DNA of 59,502 bases, filler included, from Dugesia japonica (GCA_001938525.1; 5 parts of 5 records of this genome joined end to end with filler, not necessarily neighbours in it), one strand, 5' to 3'. Positions 39,324 to 52,244 are shown, counted from the whole stretch's first letter. Numbers and translations: made by a program. Notes: generated by a model from the letters alone, not told the origin.

Positions 39324-40611
39324 TACCTAAGAAATTATGATCATTTTACCGATTTGCTCTATATATGATAATAATAAAAAAAATTTTTTAAACCTTAATT
39401 AATTAAAATTTATCTCGGAACGTTCTTTGCCCGACTTTCTTCAGCCTTCGGCCTATTAAATATTGTTCCTTAGTTCATAACACGAACCAGGAAAGATACC
39501 TACTGGAAACAAGCATCTTTCCTCGTCCCTGTCATCACTAAACTCCGTTACGTTTTCCTCATGACTTCCCTGCCTATTGACATTGATAAATTAAGTTCAA
39601 ACTGATAGTTGAATTTCACAAATATTAAAATAAAAAAAATATTTTTATTAATTTATTCATTTTTTTATAAATTGAACTATTACGTCACTAACTATTTAAC
39701 CTGTATTGAAACCTCAATAAATTACTAAGGTACTTTTATTGCACCCAAAAATAAATCTCAACCTAATAACAAATAAAGAATAATTGATACAAGATAAAAC
39801 AATGGTAAAATTATTTATTATCAATTTCAAAGAATTTTAGTTTAATTATAGCCTCGCATTCAACTCCGTATTCATAGTTAATTACGATCAACATAATTCG
39901 ACCACGCAACAGCACTACTTCGAAATGAAGAAATTTGACAGAATTCCACGTTCAACGATTACTTGCAATGGCTGGCATATATTTTCTTTTTAATAATATT
40001 AAACGCTAATTAGCGTTATTTATAATAACGATAGTGGGTCGTAGAGGCCCTTTTAATACTTTATTATAGTATTTTATATTATCTTTATTATTTGGCTTAT
40101 CATTTTCTACTCGTACATCAAAATTTCATCGTTGCACCACCAAATTTGGGTCCTCTACGCCCAATTTTTTTACTCGTTTCAATAATAATCGTATAATAAT
40201 TATAAAAACAATAATACCACAATAATAATGATAAAATAAGATCAAATATCTGATCCAGCACCCATTTCCACTTACGTTTCCACTTGTTCTCGGATAATTT
40301 CCGTATCATTTGGGGATGCTTTGTTAGCTCTTTTGCACTGAAATTAGGTGTTCTAACCCAACAAAATGATAAACTTTTTAATCATACTATGTTAAATTGA
40401 TTAAATACCTAGTATGAGTACAATACAAGTACAAGATAATTGCAGTATGAATTTCACTCTCGTGATACTCTAGCATCATTCAATGATTCTAATACGGACA
40501 AGTGACAACAAACTCCATGCTCCCCTAATTTTTTCACTTAGTAAAACACATTGATTTCAGTTGTTAATATTCCTGGGGGAGTAACTAGATTTTAATAAAT
40601 TAATTAATTTA

Positions 40612-40818
40612 ATTAAAATAAAAGCTTCGATCAAAACTTTTTTTTGGTTTTTGATAACAATTCTATACTTCGACTTATAGAAATTGTTATATAGAGTATA
40701 GAATTGTTATCAAAAACTAAAAAAAAACTTTTGATCGAAGCTTTTTTTTAAATGAATTCTGAAAAACAATCAATGGTAACATCCAACAATTATTCTCGCA
40801 ATAATTGCAATTGTAAAA
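40612..40818 (+). mobile_element. Fold-back repeat (probable Penelope-like 3' end), copy 2
   Basis: ~55-bp inverted arms plus tail ending TTCTCGCAATAATTGCAATTGTAAAA. Confidence 0.75.
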
Positions 40819-42270
40819 TTAATTAACTTAGTTTGATTTTATATACTTTTATAAACCCTTCATCATCCATGTATATTTTTCATATATAATGTGGATTTTT
40901 CAATATTCTTCTTCTATGTAATCACTTTATTCAATCGATAATCAACTTAAACATGTTCACTTACTCTTCCAATTAATTAATTTACCCATTGATCATTCAG
41001 TTAAGGGTTTAACATTTTCATTAGTTATACCATATATTAACCTCTATATTTCATACAATTCACACAAGAATCTTTACTTTACAACCAATAAACCCAAATT
41101 AACAGGGTTTTTTCACCTTAATATAGTAAATTCCTTTGAGAATATATTTTTAATTTGTTTTATTAACCATCTACTTGTTACATATAAATTTACTCAATCA
41201 TTCATTCATTCGTTTAAATATTTTAAAAATTAATTAAATTCCCAAATAGAAATTTTATTCAATCAAAGTAAAATTATTAATGAAAATTTTATGAAGATTT
41301 TAAATAATTCAAACTGTGAAAACTTTTACTTTGTTGCTTACATTTGAGTTACTTTTTATTTTTAATAATCCTTGATAGAGACTCTAATTAAAAAAGCATA
41401 ATTTTAACTATTTATTTTAAAATTTGTCTAAACTTAACGTGTTTTCACATAAACTCAAATTTTATATACTTTTACTGATAATTATTTGAAAACTATTTAA
41501 TTCATCATATTTAATTTATTCAATCATTAAAATTTGAACCAATTATTCATGAACCTATTATTAACCTTCCTAATCAATTAAATTAAATTACTTAAATTAA
41601 ATCAATTAGTTAATTAAATCTTCACGAAAATTTTATTCAATCAAAATAAAATTTAGAATCAACATATAAAAATTTTAAATTTAAATTATAAATTAAATTT
41701 ATTAAGAAATTATAACACACAAATAAAAATTGTAATATCCTAATTGAAATTATTCTTTTTTGATTTATTGAATTTAATTTTAGAATTATCCGTATTTACT
41801 GAATGTGAAATCATCAGTTGTAAAAGTTTTTCCTCTTTATAATTGTAAAAGCTTAAATTGCACTTCTTATTTTAAAAAGTTTAAAGTTAATCTATTTTAC
41901 ACTTAAAATTAATGTTTTAGGAATTTTTCTCATAATTATTTGAAAATTATTTATTCAATCCATTATATTGATTATTTTTAATGAATAATTACAAATTATT
42001 TCAAATTTATCTAATGCTTAAAAAGATTTTCATATTATAAATTAAAGTTTGAAATGATCTATTTTCAATAAATATTTAGAACTTATTTCAAATTATTTCA
42101 ATTTTTTAAATGCTTAATAAAAATTTACTATTATACATTAAACATGAATTAGAATACTCGCGAAATCTAATTTAATTTCAAAATTACAAGTAAAATATAG
42201 AACAGGTTAAATAATTAAATATTAATGCAAGATTGTCGAAAAGCATTTAATTAAAATAAAATTTTATTAC

Positions 42271-42605
42271 AGTAGGTAGATAGTGACGCACTGGATCACC
42301 CCCCTATTCAAAGAACATTTATAACAAAGACGATGAGTCATAAGTATGAATCATCGATGACTGAAACAAAGACGATGAGTCATAATGATGAGTAATCGTT
42401 TTTCTAGATCAGGATGAGTCATAAGTACGACTCACCGATGACTGAAACAAAGACAATGACTCATCGATGCATGAAACAAAGAAAATAAGTCCTAAGTATG
42501 AGTCATAATGATGAGTCATCGTTTTTCTAGATCAGGGAGAGTCATCTTTTCTCTAGATCAGGCTGACTCATCCACCCCGGGGGAAGTAGAAAAATTTTCT
42601 AGATC
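42271..42605 (+). promoter_or_regulatory. Maverick-type left terminus with AP-1 (TGASTCA) site array
   Basis: Begins AGTAGGTAGATAGT as at 11546; perfect TGA(G/C)TCA at 42334, 42376, 42415, 42457, 42499, 42512 and 42564. Confidence 0.65.
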
Positions 42606-42892
42606 ATTTTTCAAAAAAAATTTTTTTAATTTTTTTTTAAAATTTTTTTAAAATTTTTTTTAAAATTTTTTTTTTATAAAATTTTTTTAAAATTTTTTTT
42701 TAAAACAAATAAAAGAAAAACAAATTTGACTGATTAATTTTATTTATATTATAACATTATACTAGATCAAGATAGGCTTCAGGCCCAATAAACGGCAGTG
42801 GTTTAAGTGTTTTTTTATTTTGATTGGTTACGCGAAATATATTTAATATTAATGATAGAAAATCAGTTAATTTATTTATTTTTAACAGAATT

Positions 42893-43192
42893 ATGACCGA
42901 GTATTTCGAGCCGCATATCCCGTTGGTACTGACCAATGATGGTGACGAAGGGACCTTTTGGATCCCATGGAGGAACACCGTAGAGTTACTAGACAAACAT
43001 AAGAAACATTACGAGACGGATAAACAGTCAGTGAAGGCAGGACACCGAGAACCATTGAAACAGAATCTGGAATTGAAGCGCCAGCTAGAAACGGCCCGTG
43101 TCGAAAATGAAAAACTCAAACTCCAGTTGTCACAATGGCGATTAGAATTTCAAGCAACAGCTCGGGAGGTTGCCGGGCCACGCGACAGCTGA
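42893..43192 (+). CDS. Small leucine-zipper/coiled-coil protein (99 aa from ATG)
   Basis: Intact GC-richer ORF; LKQNLELKRQLETARVENEKLKLQL heptads; AATAAA at 43311. Confidence 0.5.
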   Translation: MTEYFEPHIPLVLTNDGDEGTFWIPWRNTVELLDKHKKHYETDKQSVKAGHREPLKQNLELKRQLETARVENEKLKLQLSQWRLEFQATAREVAGPRDS

Positions 43193-43622
43193 TGGAACAT
43201 CGACGCGTTGTGGAAAAAATTGGGGAGAGTGGTACGGCAGTTGTTGGACGACACTGGGGTCGCGATCGAGGTTCGAGACCCAGTAATCGTCAAAGTAGAG
43301 TCGATAAGTCAATAAATGTATTAATGTGTTCAAGAGTCGGGATTGTTTGTTAAATTACTAATCGTGATATGTATGTCACATTGTAGTTTGAATTTCTTTT
43401 TGTGTCTGCAGCGGTGGTCATAGGTTTAAGCGAGATTTGTTAATCATTATTTTCTTGTTCTTTGTAAAAGTGCAATTGAGGAGTGAATTTTCATTACGTT
43501 AGTTTTCGTACTGTCTTATGTCTTTGGATGGAACTTTCAATTGTAATGGTTGTTTCCTTTTATTAGTTTTATACACCTATCTTAATTGAAACTAGTGTTA
43601 TTTAATTGCCTCTAAAATTTTA

Positions 43623-43934
43623 GTGAACAAATCAAGCGAGGAGATGATGCCAAAAAGAGAGGTGGTACTATTACAAAAGAAGTGGAAGGACGATCGGCGT
43701 GAGCTGCGCAATGAGATTTTAAGTTTGAAAGGCCAGTTAAACAAAGTCTCATCCAAGTTTGCGCAATTGAAAGAGAAAGAGTTGGCTCTCCAACAGGCCA
43801 ATCNNNNNNNNNNNNNNNNNNNNNNNNNNNNNNNNNNNNNNNNNNNNNNNNNNCAATGTTCCTCACTCTGCGAACATTGTGGTTACATTATCGATCGCCA
43901 GAAGAGTCCACGGATACCGCGAATTAGGCCGTAG
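43623..43934 (+). CDS. Small coiled-coil protein with CxxC motif
   Basis: RRELRNEILSLKGQLNKVSSKFAQLKEKEL...CEHC; interrupted by an N gap; AATAAA at ~43977. Confidence 0.4.
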   Translation: MNKSSEEMMPKREVVLLQKKWKDDRRELRNEILSLKGQLNKVSSKFAQLKEKELALQQANXXXXXXXXXXXXXXXXXQCSSLCEHCGYIIDRQKSPRIPRIRP

Positions 43935-44115
43935 ATCGAGATGCTTGCTGACCATTGACGAAAATGTTGATACGTAAATAAATGTTCATTGGTGTTCAAC
44001 GAGTTGTTCTGAATTACAATTGTGTTAGATGTTGCAAAATCTTAGGTGATATTCCAAGTAAATCTTCAATGAGCTTATCGAGAATCATAGCTGTCAGAAT
44101 TCATGTATTCAGTGA

Positions 44116-44216
44116 GTAAGACGCGATACCGCAAAGTCGCGCTGAATCCGTGGAAAGAAAAGGGCATGTCACAGAGATGACACAAATGCTTGTGGTTTTT
44201 AGGTATGCCCCTAGAC
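44116..44216 (+). repeat. 100-bp GC-rich block, inverted partner of 38382-38481
   Basis: GTAAGACGCGATACC...TTTTTAGGTATGCCCCTAGAC. Confidence 0.9.
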
Positions 44217-45858
44217 ATGTAAATGAATTAGTGATTATTAAAAGCGAGATCCGTGAAATTCGATGAGAAAATTTAAAACATCAAATCCTAAAAACCCAAC
44301 ACTTATAATAAATATTATTTTTCATTATTGTGTAAATTTATGGATTTGGTTGGAACATGTAAATCATAGATTTTAAATGACATATTTAAATGAAATTTAA
44401 TTTCGTTAATTGTTTTTTATTAATTTAATAATAAAATTTTGCTTAATTTATTTAATATGTTCTATGAAATAATTAAGTTTAATAAAATAGTTTATTAATA
44501 ATATATTTTTTTAATAGGATTGAAATCCTCACTAGTTATTTCACTGGAGCTTCTTCAATCTATCAATCAATCCCTTAAGTAAAACAGCAATAATTCATCG
44601 AAGTGCAAGCAGCGTGCTAAATCAGTATAATTATTATTTCACTAATAATCCAAATATCATCCCAGCTCACCGAGCCTTAGCAACAAACCTATTTACCCAT
44701 TGAAACCTTGTATTCTCTCAACCAAAAAAATACGAAGATAATTGAAGATTGAAAATTCCGTCTTAAAATCTAATATGTGTAAATATTTTCATTAATTAAA
44801 TCCCCGAAGTTATTATTAATTAAATTTTTCCATTTTATTTCAAAAAAATATATAATTTAATCGTTGATAAATAAATTTTGATGAAAAATCGTGCTTCTAA
44901 TAAGCAGATATTATCATTTCAATGATTCTAAATACTTCGTTTTTCATTCTAAGCCTATCGTTGATATCAAAATACAAGCGTTATTTCATGCACAAATTGA
45001 CCTAAATTAAAAAATAATTTTTTTTTCAATAAAAAAAAGTTTTCATTATTTTAAATAAAATTATTGACTATTATTTTATTAGTAGTATAAATCAAAATTT
45101 TCAAATTTTTAGTTTCAATATTGAAATAGTCATAATTTTTAGAGATTAATTAATATAATATAAAAAATGTATTCATGATTTTTAAATTTATGAATTTAAT
45201 TTGGTTATTAGATTTTTATATGTTAAAAAAACTTTTTCACTATTTTAATTATAATTACTGACTATTGTTTTATAAGTAGTATAAATAAAAAATTTTCAAT
45301 TTTATATTACAATATTTGAAGTAGTCAAAATTTTTACAGAGATTAATATAATAAAAAAATGTAAACAATTAATCTGAAAAAAAAAGTATTTTTAGAAGTA
45401 GTTACGATGAACTGATTAGCGTCCTGTTAATATCATAAAATTTTCATGTTATTTTTCATGGTAATAACAGTAAGTATTTGATAAATATCATTCATTTTCG
45501 TTGTTATCCGTCAAACATTAACGACAGTTTCTATGAGGAAGTATTTGTTTTGACTTTGTTACAAATACAATTTCATTTTAATGCAATTATTATATACAAT
45601 TTCCTTGTATTTAACGTTTATAAATTTAGAACTCAATGAAGTAGATTTGTTACACGAAAGTTAAGGTGTGTTTTATTAAACAAATAATTGGTAGTTTTAA
45701 AAGTAGAAATTTTGTTTATTATAACAAATGCTTAAAATATTAAAGTAGCACTTTTTAAATTAGTCATCATAAATTTGTAAGTATATATTTGTGATTTTCA
45801 AATTTATGAATTTAATTTGATTATTCGATTTTATATCGCTGATAAAAGCAAATATATA

Positions 45859-46955
45859 CAGGCGCGCACCCAGGGTTTTCGCTAAGGGGGGCCCAAATAA
45901 AAGAAAACAACAATAATAAGAGTCGAGTTCAATTAAAATATTTTATATTCATTTTGGATAGGAAGGAATAAATTCATACACATATTTTGACAAATTTTCA
46001 TTGTTTTAATTACTTATACAAATACTAATTATACAAATATAAAAATTAAGATTAAATATTTATATTAAATTTTTGTTTATGTTTTGCTAATTTATTGAGT
46101 ATGTCCTTTACATTTAAGTTAACTTCTTGGTAGATGTTCAGCAAAGCTAACCCATTTAATAGATTTTCATCCATTGTGGAGCAAATAAGTTTTAGCCTTC
46201 TCAAAGTTGAAAATGATCTCTCATTTTTAGTTGTTGAGACAGGGATTGTAACAAAAATTCTTAATAATTTGTAAATATTTGGATAAACATCTTTATCACA
46301 TGCCTCTAACAGATTTATTGCGTTGTTGTACTTTTCATTCTTAGAATTTTCCGTGATCTTGAAATAACTTTAATGATTTTTTATGAGCTTGGGAGGAGCT
46401 AAAAAACATACATGCTTAACCCAATTGCGTAACTAGACTTTTCTATTCCCGGGGTAAGTGTTAAACTTTCACTTTTTTTCACATTCACTAAAATTTTTTA
46501 TTCCTACTTTTATAATAATTTTTTGATATTAGGAAATTTAATTAAAAATTGACAAAATGTTTCAAATGATCTATTTGGAGCCTCGGAGCATATTTTCCGC
46601 TCGTCTACTTTGTTACGCATCTGCCTTAACCTGTGTATACCACACTTCTTTCAATTTTATACTACGTTTGGATCCAACTATTCTGATCTTCGGTTAATCA
46701 ACTACGTTTGGCTACAACTAAAATTGAAATAGATTTAAATATTTTATCAACACAAAAAGAGAAACAAAATTTACTAAAAAAGAAATTTAACATTTAAAAT
46801 ATTCGTCAATACCAGGCGCCATGATGGTCTGCAAGACAAACAATATTTTCTGCGTCCAAAAAAAATTTAATTGTTTTTTTGGTATGCAACCGATAAAATT
46901 TGGGAACCACTGCTATATATTTTTTTCTGATTTTCGGGGGGTGGGCTCGCTACTG
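45859..46955 (-). mobile_element. Deleted hAT element with C-terminal dimerisation domain (~46060-46350)
   Basis: CDKDVYPNIYKLLRIFVTIPVSTTKNERSFSTLRRLK...STMDENLLNGLALLNI; GC-rich CAGGCGCGCACCCAGG end at 45859; other end uncertain; a hAT MITE end TTTGGGAACCACTG at 46899-46912. Confidence 0.8.
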
Positions 46956-47029
46956 ATTTAAATACAAAGTATTCTAATCAATATCGTTTAATTTAAATTT
47001 AAACCTAAAATATATTCAATTACTATTTA

Positions 47030-47178
47030 AAAACGTCAAAGACAAAGTCGAAAATTCGAAATATTATCAAAAACGAAAAAAACAAATTTTGATCGAAGCT
47101 TTTATTTTAATGAATTCTGAAAAACGATCAATGATTACGTCCAACTATTATTCTCGCAATAATTGCAATTGTAAAAAA
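47030..47178 (+). mobile_element. Penelope-like 3' end, single-arm copy
   Basis: GACAAAGTCGAAAATTCGAAATATTATCAAAAA...GATCGAAGCTTTT...GCAATTGTAAAA. Confidence 0.7.
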
Positions 47179-47799
47179 TTTAAAGTTATTTAATTTTTGT
47201 TATTATACATAATTCATACTTTATACATGAATATATTGAATTTGTATATTTTTCTTTGGCTGTGGCTCTTTTAAATTATTTTACTAATGCGATTCCGGTT
47301 TAAGTTAAGCATGTCTGCTATAAAACGTCTAACAATCTCTGATGAGGAATTATTTTTTTAGTCACTTAGAATCGGCGGAAAAAATAAATGATATTTTATA
47401 AAAAATCTAAACTTTAGAAATAATACATGAATCCAACATATTCTGATACAAACTTGTTCTTATAAAACGTATTTCGTATTGAGGTTTGTCACATTAATCA
47501 ATTTCTCAAAATTTCCTAACAAACATTCTTTAAAACTTTGTTGTAATAAAAATTCTTCGACAACTTCAATGAATCTAATTACCCATTAAATTATTTAAAG
47601 GAACTTTAATTTTTTATGATTTAATTTTATAATTTAATACTATAACAATTTATATTAATAAACAATTTTATTATTTAATTAGGATTGGGAGTTATTAGAA
47701 GATAACTAATTAAAAGAAAAAATAACAATAGTCAAGTCTTAAAATTCTTATGACCTGTAAGACCTATCGAGAAGCTCAGGTCACGCCATATACGAGGCC

Positions 47800-47899
47800 N
47801 NNNNNNNNNNNNNNNNNNNNNNNNNNNNNNNNNNNNNNNNNNNTTAATTAATTAANNNNNNNNNNNNNNNNNNNNNNNNNNNNNNNNNNNNNNNNNNNN
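47800..47899. other. Artificial contig linker
   Basis: 44 N + TTAATTAATTAA + 44 N. Confidence 0.95.
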
Positions 47900-48058
47900 A
47901 ATTATTATATTAATAAATATGAATTATTATATTAATAAATTATATTATTATATTAATGAAAATGAATTATTTTATTTACAAATATAAATTATTATATTTA
48001 CAAATATGAATTATTATATTAATAAATATGAATTATTATATTTACAAATATGAATTAA
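47900..48058. repeat. ~22-bp minisatellite (AAATATGAATTATTATATTTAC), resumes at 52117-52235
   Basis: Tandem units on both sides of the Helitron. Confidence 0.85.
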
Positions 48059-51000
48059 TCATCATATACGTATATAGTAGCGTATAAATGTTATTGATGC
48101 CTAACGCTAATACTAATATGTTTGTGTAATAGAGAAAAAAGTGTATCACACAATTTACTGTAAGCAAAAGCAAGATAGGAAAATGGATATATTTTTCTTT
48201 CTATAATACGTGTGTATGTGTGTGTGAATGTACAATGTATGAATGAAAATATATTTGTCGAAAAAAGTGTCTGCTGATGATTTGATTGTTTTTTTGTTCG
48301 TTAAATTTTAATGCAGAAATTTTTTTATTGTAAGGAAATTATAAAATTTTAGAAATTTTATTTCAAACTTTAGTAGTTTTATCTATTTTTTCAAGTGTTT
48401 TAGTTATTATTCAATCGAAAAACCGGAAAAAGAGCTGTGCGTTTCGCTGAACATTTAACATCACAGTGATAGTATGTTGAAAAAATGAGTAAGGAGCGAT
48501 TAGAACTTCAACGATCATTGAATACGGAATCTAAAAGAAGATCAGGTAAACGACAAACACCAGAATCAAGAGAAATGCGTAGAAATAATCCTACTAAATA
48601 TTATGGTTTATCTAGCATCACACAACGTGAAATAATACGAAACGAAGCAATAAATTTTAACAAAAAATAGAGTGAGCAAACACTATTGTGGTTCATTTAA
48701 TATATTGTGCCAGTTTTATGGTTCCAAAAATTTTAAAGATGAAAGTCAACCTGATGGAAAATTTACAAGTTGTTGTCGGAAAGGGAAACTCAAACTGCCA
48801 AGTTAAAATAAGAATTCAATGAGCTATTCATTATTGTTTCCATTTGGTGAGCCTAAATGGCATCCAAATTGGCAGAGCAAAGTTATAACGAAGTATAGCG
48901 AAATGCGGTCAGAAAAAGTGTAAAGTATGTTGCCATATAACGCGGCATTAACAATAATTCGTGATAGTTTTAGTCCAATTATTTGTGCTGGAAAATTAAA
49001 AAAACAGTGGTTAGTTGATTCCTATCTTCAAATTGAAGCTAATAATTTGAACTATATAAAGCAAAATCAGAAACGATTACGTGCAGTGCAATATCAAAGA
49101 CTTGCCAATCATGTTTCAAATATAACAGAAAATGAAAACATTCCTGTTGGTATCTCCGTTATATTGCCATCAAGCTTTGACGGATATCCAAGAAATATAC
49201 GAGAACGTTGCTGTGCTGCAATCTCAACTTTTGCCAAAATAGACGCTCAGATTCATTCATAACTTTTACCGCCAATCGAAATCTGCCAGAAATAGTCAAA
49301 AATTTGAAAGTAGGTAATGCGGTGTGTGATAAACCTGATTTGCACAACTATTTAAAATTAAATTAGATGCTTTAATAAATGATATAACAATATCTGGAAT
49401 ATTGAGAGAAGTTCAAGCTTTTGTTTATAGTATTGAATTCCAGAAACTAGGTTTTTCACAAGCATTTTAGATAGATTAAGACGAAAAAATTGATCAATTT
49501 GTTTGTACAGAAATTCCATCAGAATAAAATTTTATATTACGTATAAAAGTTTTAAAAACATGATTCATGGACCATGTGAAGCAAATAATACACTCTCCGT
49601 GTATGAAAGATAGTCAATATAGTAAAAACGTTCCTAAAGATTTTAATAATGTTACTGTTCTAAACAACAATGGTTATCCATTATATTATCGCCATATGCT
49701 TGAACAAGTTGAAGTTAGAAGAGTGTTAAGGAACAATCGGTATGTAGTTCCTTATAATTTGTACTTGCTATTGAAATACAATGCACACATCAACTTGGGA
49801 GTCTGCGCATCGTTTAAAAAAGTATCTTTATAAATAAATTTATAAAGGTTTCAATTGTGCCAATTTTGTCATAACATCAGAAGGACAATCAGAATTTAGA
49901 CTGAATGAAATTAACAATTTTATCGATGGTCGTTATGTGAGTGCACCAAAAGCAATGTAAAGAATTACGGGAATACAAAATGCACGATCGTTCCAATCCA
50001 GTTATGAGACTCCTAGCCCATCTTCCCAACCAAAAAACAATTTTTTGATCCCGGAAATAAACAAGAAGCTCTACAAAATGCTCAATATAGAAAAACGAAA
50101 CTCGAAACCTGATTTGATCTTAACATAAAAGATCCAGAAATACATCAATGGTTGTGTACTGAAATTCCGAAGCATTATGTTTAAATGCGTAAAGAATGGA
50201 ACAAAGACAAAGAGGATATAAGATAGTTGCTAGAATATACACTGTTAGTGTTACATATGAAGAATGGTTTAATCTTAGAATTTTTGAATCTTTTAAAGCT
50301 GCAGCAACGGCAAGAGAACTTCTTCAAACTAATGAAGAATGGGATAAGTATTTAAGAGATGGTGAAACGTATTTAATGCCAAAACAGCTAAGTGAGAGAT
50401 GTTTGCGTATATATGCTGCTTTTGTCAACCAGCACAACCATTGAAATTATGGGAGGACAATATTTGAAACTTAACGTTAGACTATATGCGAAAAGAATAA
50501 GAAGATATTGCGAAAAACAAATCATTTCATGAAATAAATTCGATTTTAAATCAACATGGATTATCAGTTAGTAGTCCTCCACAGCATATTATTTACGACT
50601 AAATTTAAGAAGCCGCTAAAGGTGAAAGACTGATTAAAATGCTCAACTCACAATAATTAGATGCATTAAATGAAATTATTAAAGCAGATGACAACAATGA
50701 AATAATCTGCCTTTTTTACATCAATGGACCTGGTGGTTCTGGTAAAACGTTCCTTTATAACACAATTACGGCTTTTATCAGAGGTCGAGGACAAACTGTA
50801 TTGCAATTCGCAACAACTGGTATAGCTGCAACATTATTGAAAGATAGTCGCACAGTTCACATAGGATTTAACCTTCCAGTTCCTTTAACTGAAACTTCAG
50901 TTTCATCTCCGGAAGCAGAAGATATTCGTAGAGTTGCTATCAAAATAATTGATGAAGCATCTATATTAGAAAAAATGGATTGCGGCGTATTGATAAACTT

Positions 51001-52116
51001 TGTGGAGAAATAACAAGCGTTGACAAAGTATTTGACAATAAAGTTATTGTTATTGGAGTAGATTTTCGTCAAACTTTTCCGGTTGTTGTAAGAGGACAAC
51101 GAACTGAAATTTTAGAAAAATATATTAAATAAAGTTCACTGTAGAAAAGTTTTAAAACTATAAAGCTAGCAACTAATATGAGAAGCAATGGTCAAACTGT
51201 TTATAATGATTGGTCATTAAAAGCTGTGGAAGGTAATTTACTTGCAATTGCTGGTATTTTGGAAGATATTATAGAAATACCACAAGAAATGATAAATACT
51301 GACAACCTTATTACATCAATTTGTAATAACACCAATCAAATTACAGAAGATGATTTTTCAAAAAGAGTGATTGTTGCCCAAAATAATGTACATACACTTG
51401 AAATGAACAATAAAACTATCAAAATGATTCCTGGTGTTCCAACATATTATCATAGTGCTAATTCAATTATCAATGATGACGTAAATGACGCTTTGCATTA
51501 TCCTACAGAATTTTTAAATACTCTAACACCATCTGGAATGCCTCCTCATATGTTAGCCTCAAAAAAGAAGTTGTCATCATGTTATTATGAAATTGAAATC
51601 CAAAAAATAGATTGTATAATAGCACGCGACTGATAATTGAAGAATTGTCTCATAATTTTATTTAAGCGAAAATCTCTAAATGTTGTAGAGGCATTACCGT
51701 TTATTTTGAAAGGCAAGCAGTTTCCAATTATTCAAGTGTGTGCAATCACAACAAACAAGTTTCTAGGTCAAAATTTTGATTACGTTGATATTGACCTACA
51801 AATTCTGTGTTTTCGCATGGACAAGTTTACGTAGCCCTATTTCAGTTAAGTCATTCGTCAAACATAAAAGTAAAAATTCAACCAATAATTCGACAAGGAA
51901 AACCATTAAATGACAATCGGCAATTTACAAAAAATATTACATACAAGGAAGTTTTATAACAAATTTAGTTTAATTTAAAGAATTCTATTGAAATAATAAA
52001 TAAAATAAAAAATAAAAATTTATTTAAAAATATATATAATCACAGCAAACAAGAAAGAATTTTTTGAAAAATTTTATGTTCAAACCTCCCTTCATAGATG
52101 ATGGGTAATACTCTAG
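48059..52116 (+). mobile_element. Helitron (formerly autonomous, decayed)
   Basis: 5' TC after A; 3' hairpin CCCTTCATAGATGATGGG then CTAG|T; Rep/Hel remnant inside. Confidence 0.9.
48485..51958 (+). pseudogene. Helitron Rep/PIF1 helicase
   Basis: SCCRKGK, LLFPFGE, ILPSSF.G.PR, FITFTAN, SIEFQK.G (HUH region decayed), MIHGPC, VVPYN, INGPGGSGKTFLY, IIDEAS, DFRQ, EFLNTLTPSGMPPH, QFPI; many stops and frameshifts. Confidence 0.95.
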
Positions 52117-52244
52117 TATATTAATAATTATGAATAATTATTCATAAATATGAATCATTATATTTACAAATATGAAATATTATATTTACAAATATAAAAT
52201 ATCATAATCGTAAATATGAATTATTATACTCATTAAATAAAGGC

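Noticed and set aside
42320-42570. CRISPR-like repeat array
   Set aside because: Eukaryotic context, irregular overlapping units, no unique spacers, no cas genes
45061-45365. ~195-bp tandem duplication of AT-rich DNA (similar direct repeats at 41250/41629)
   Set aside because: Ordinary local duplication with no coding or terminal features
47335-47395. CTGATGAG as a hammerhead core
   Set aside because: No stem II closing onto a GAAA box, no flanking stems
10339-47899. Recurrent TTAATTAATTAA palindrome in N runs as a biological motif
   Set aside because: Identical 44N-12-44N format four times; a six-frame-stop assembly linker
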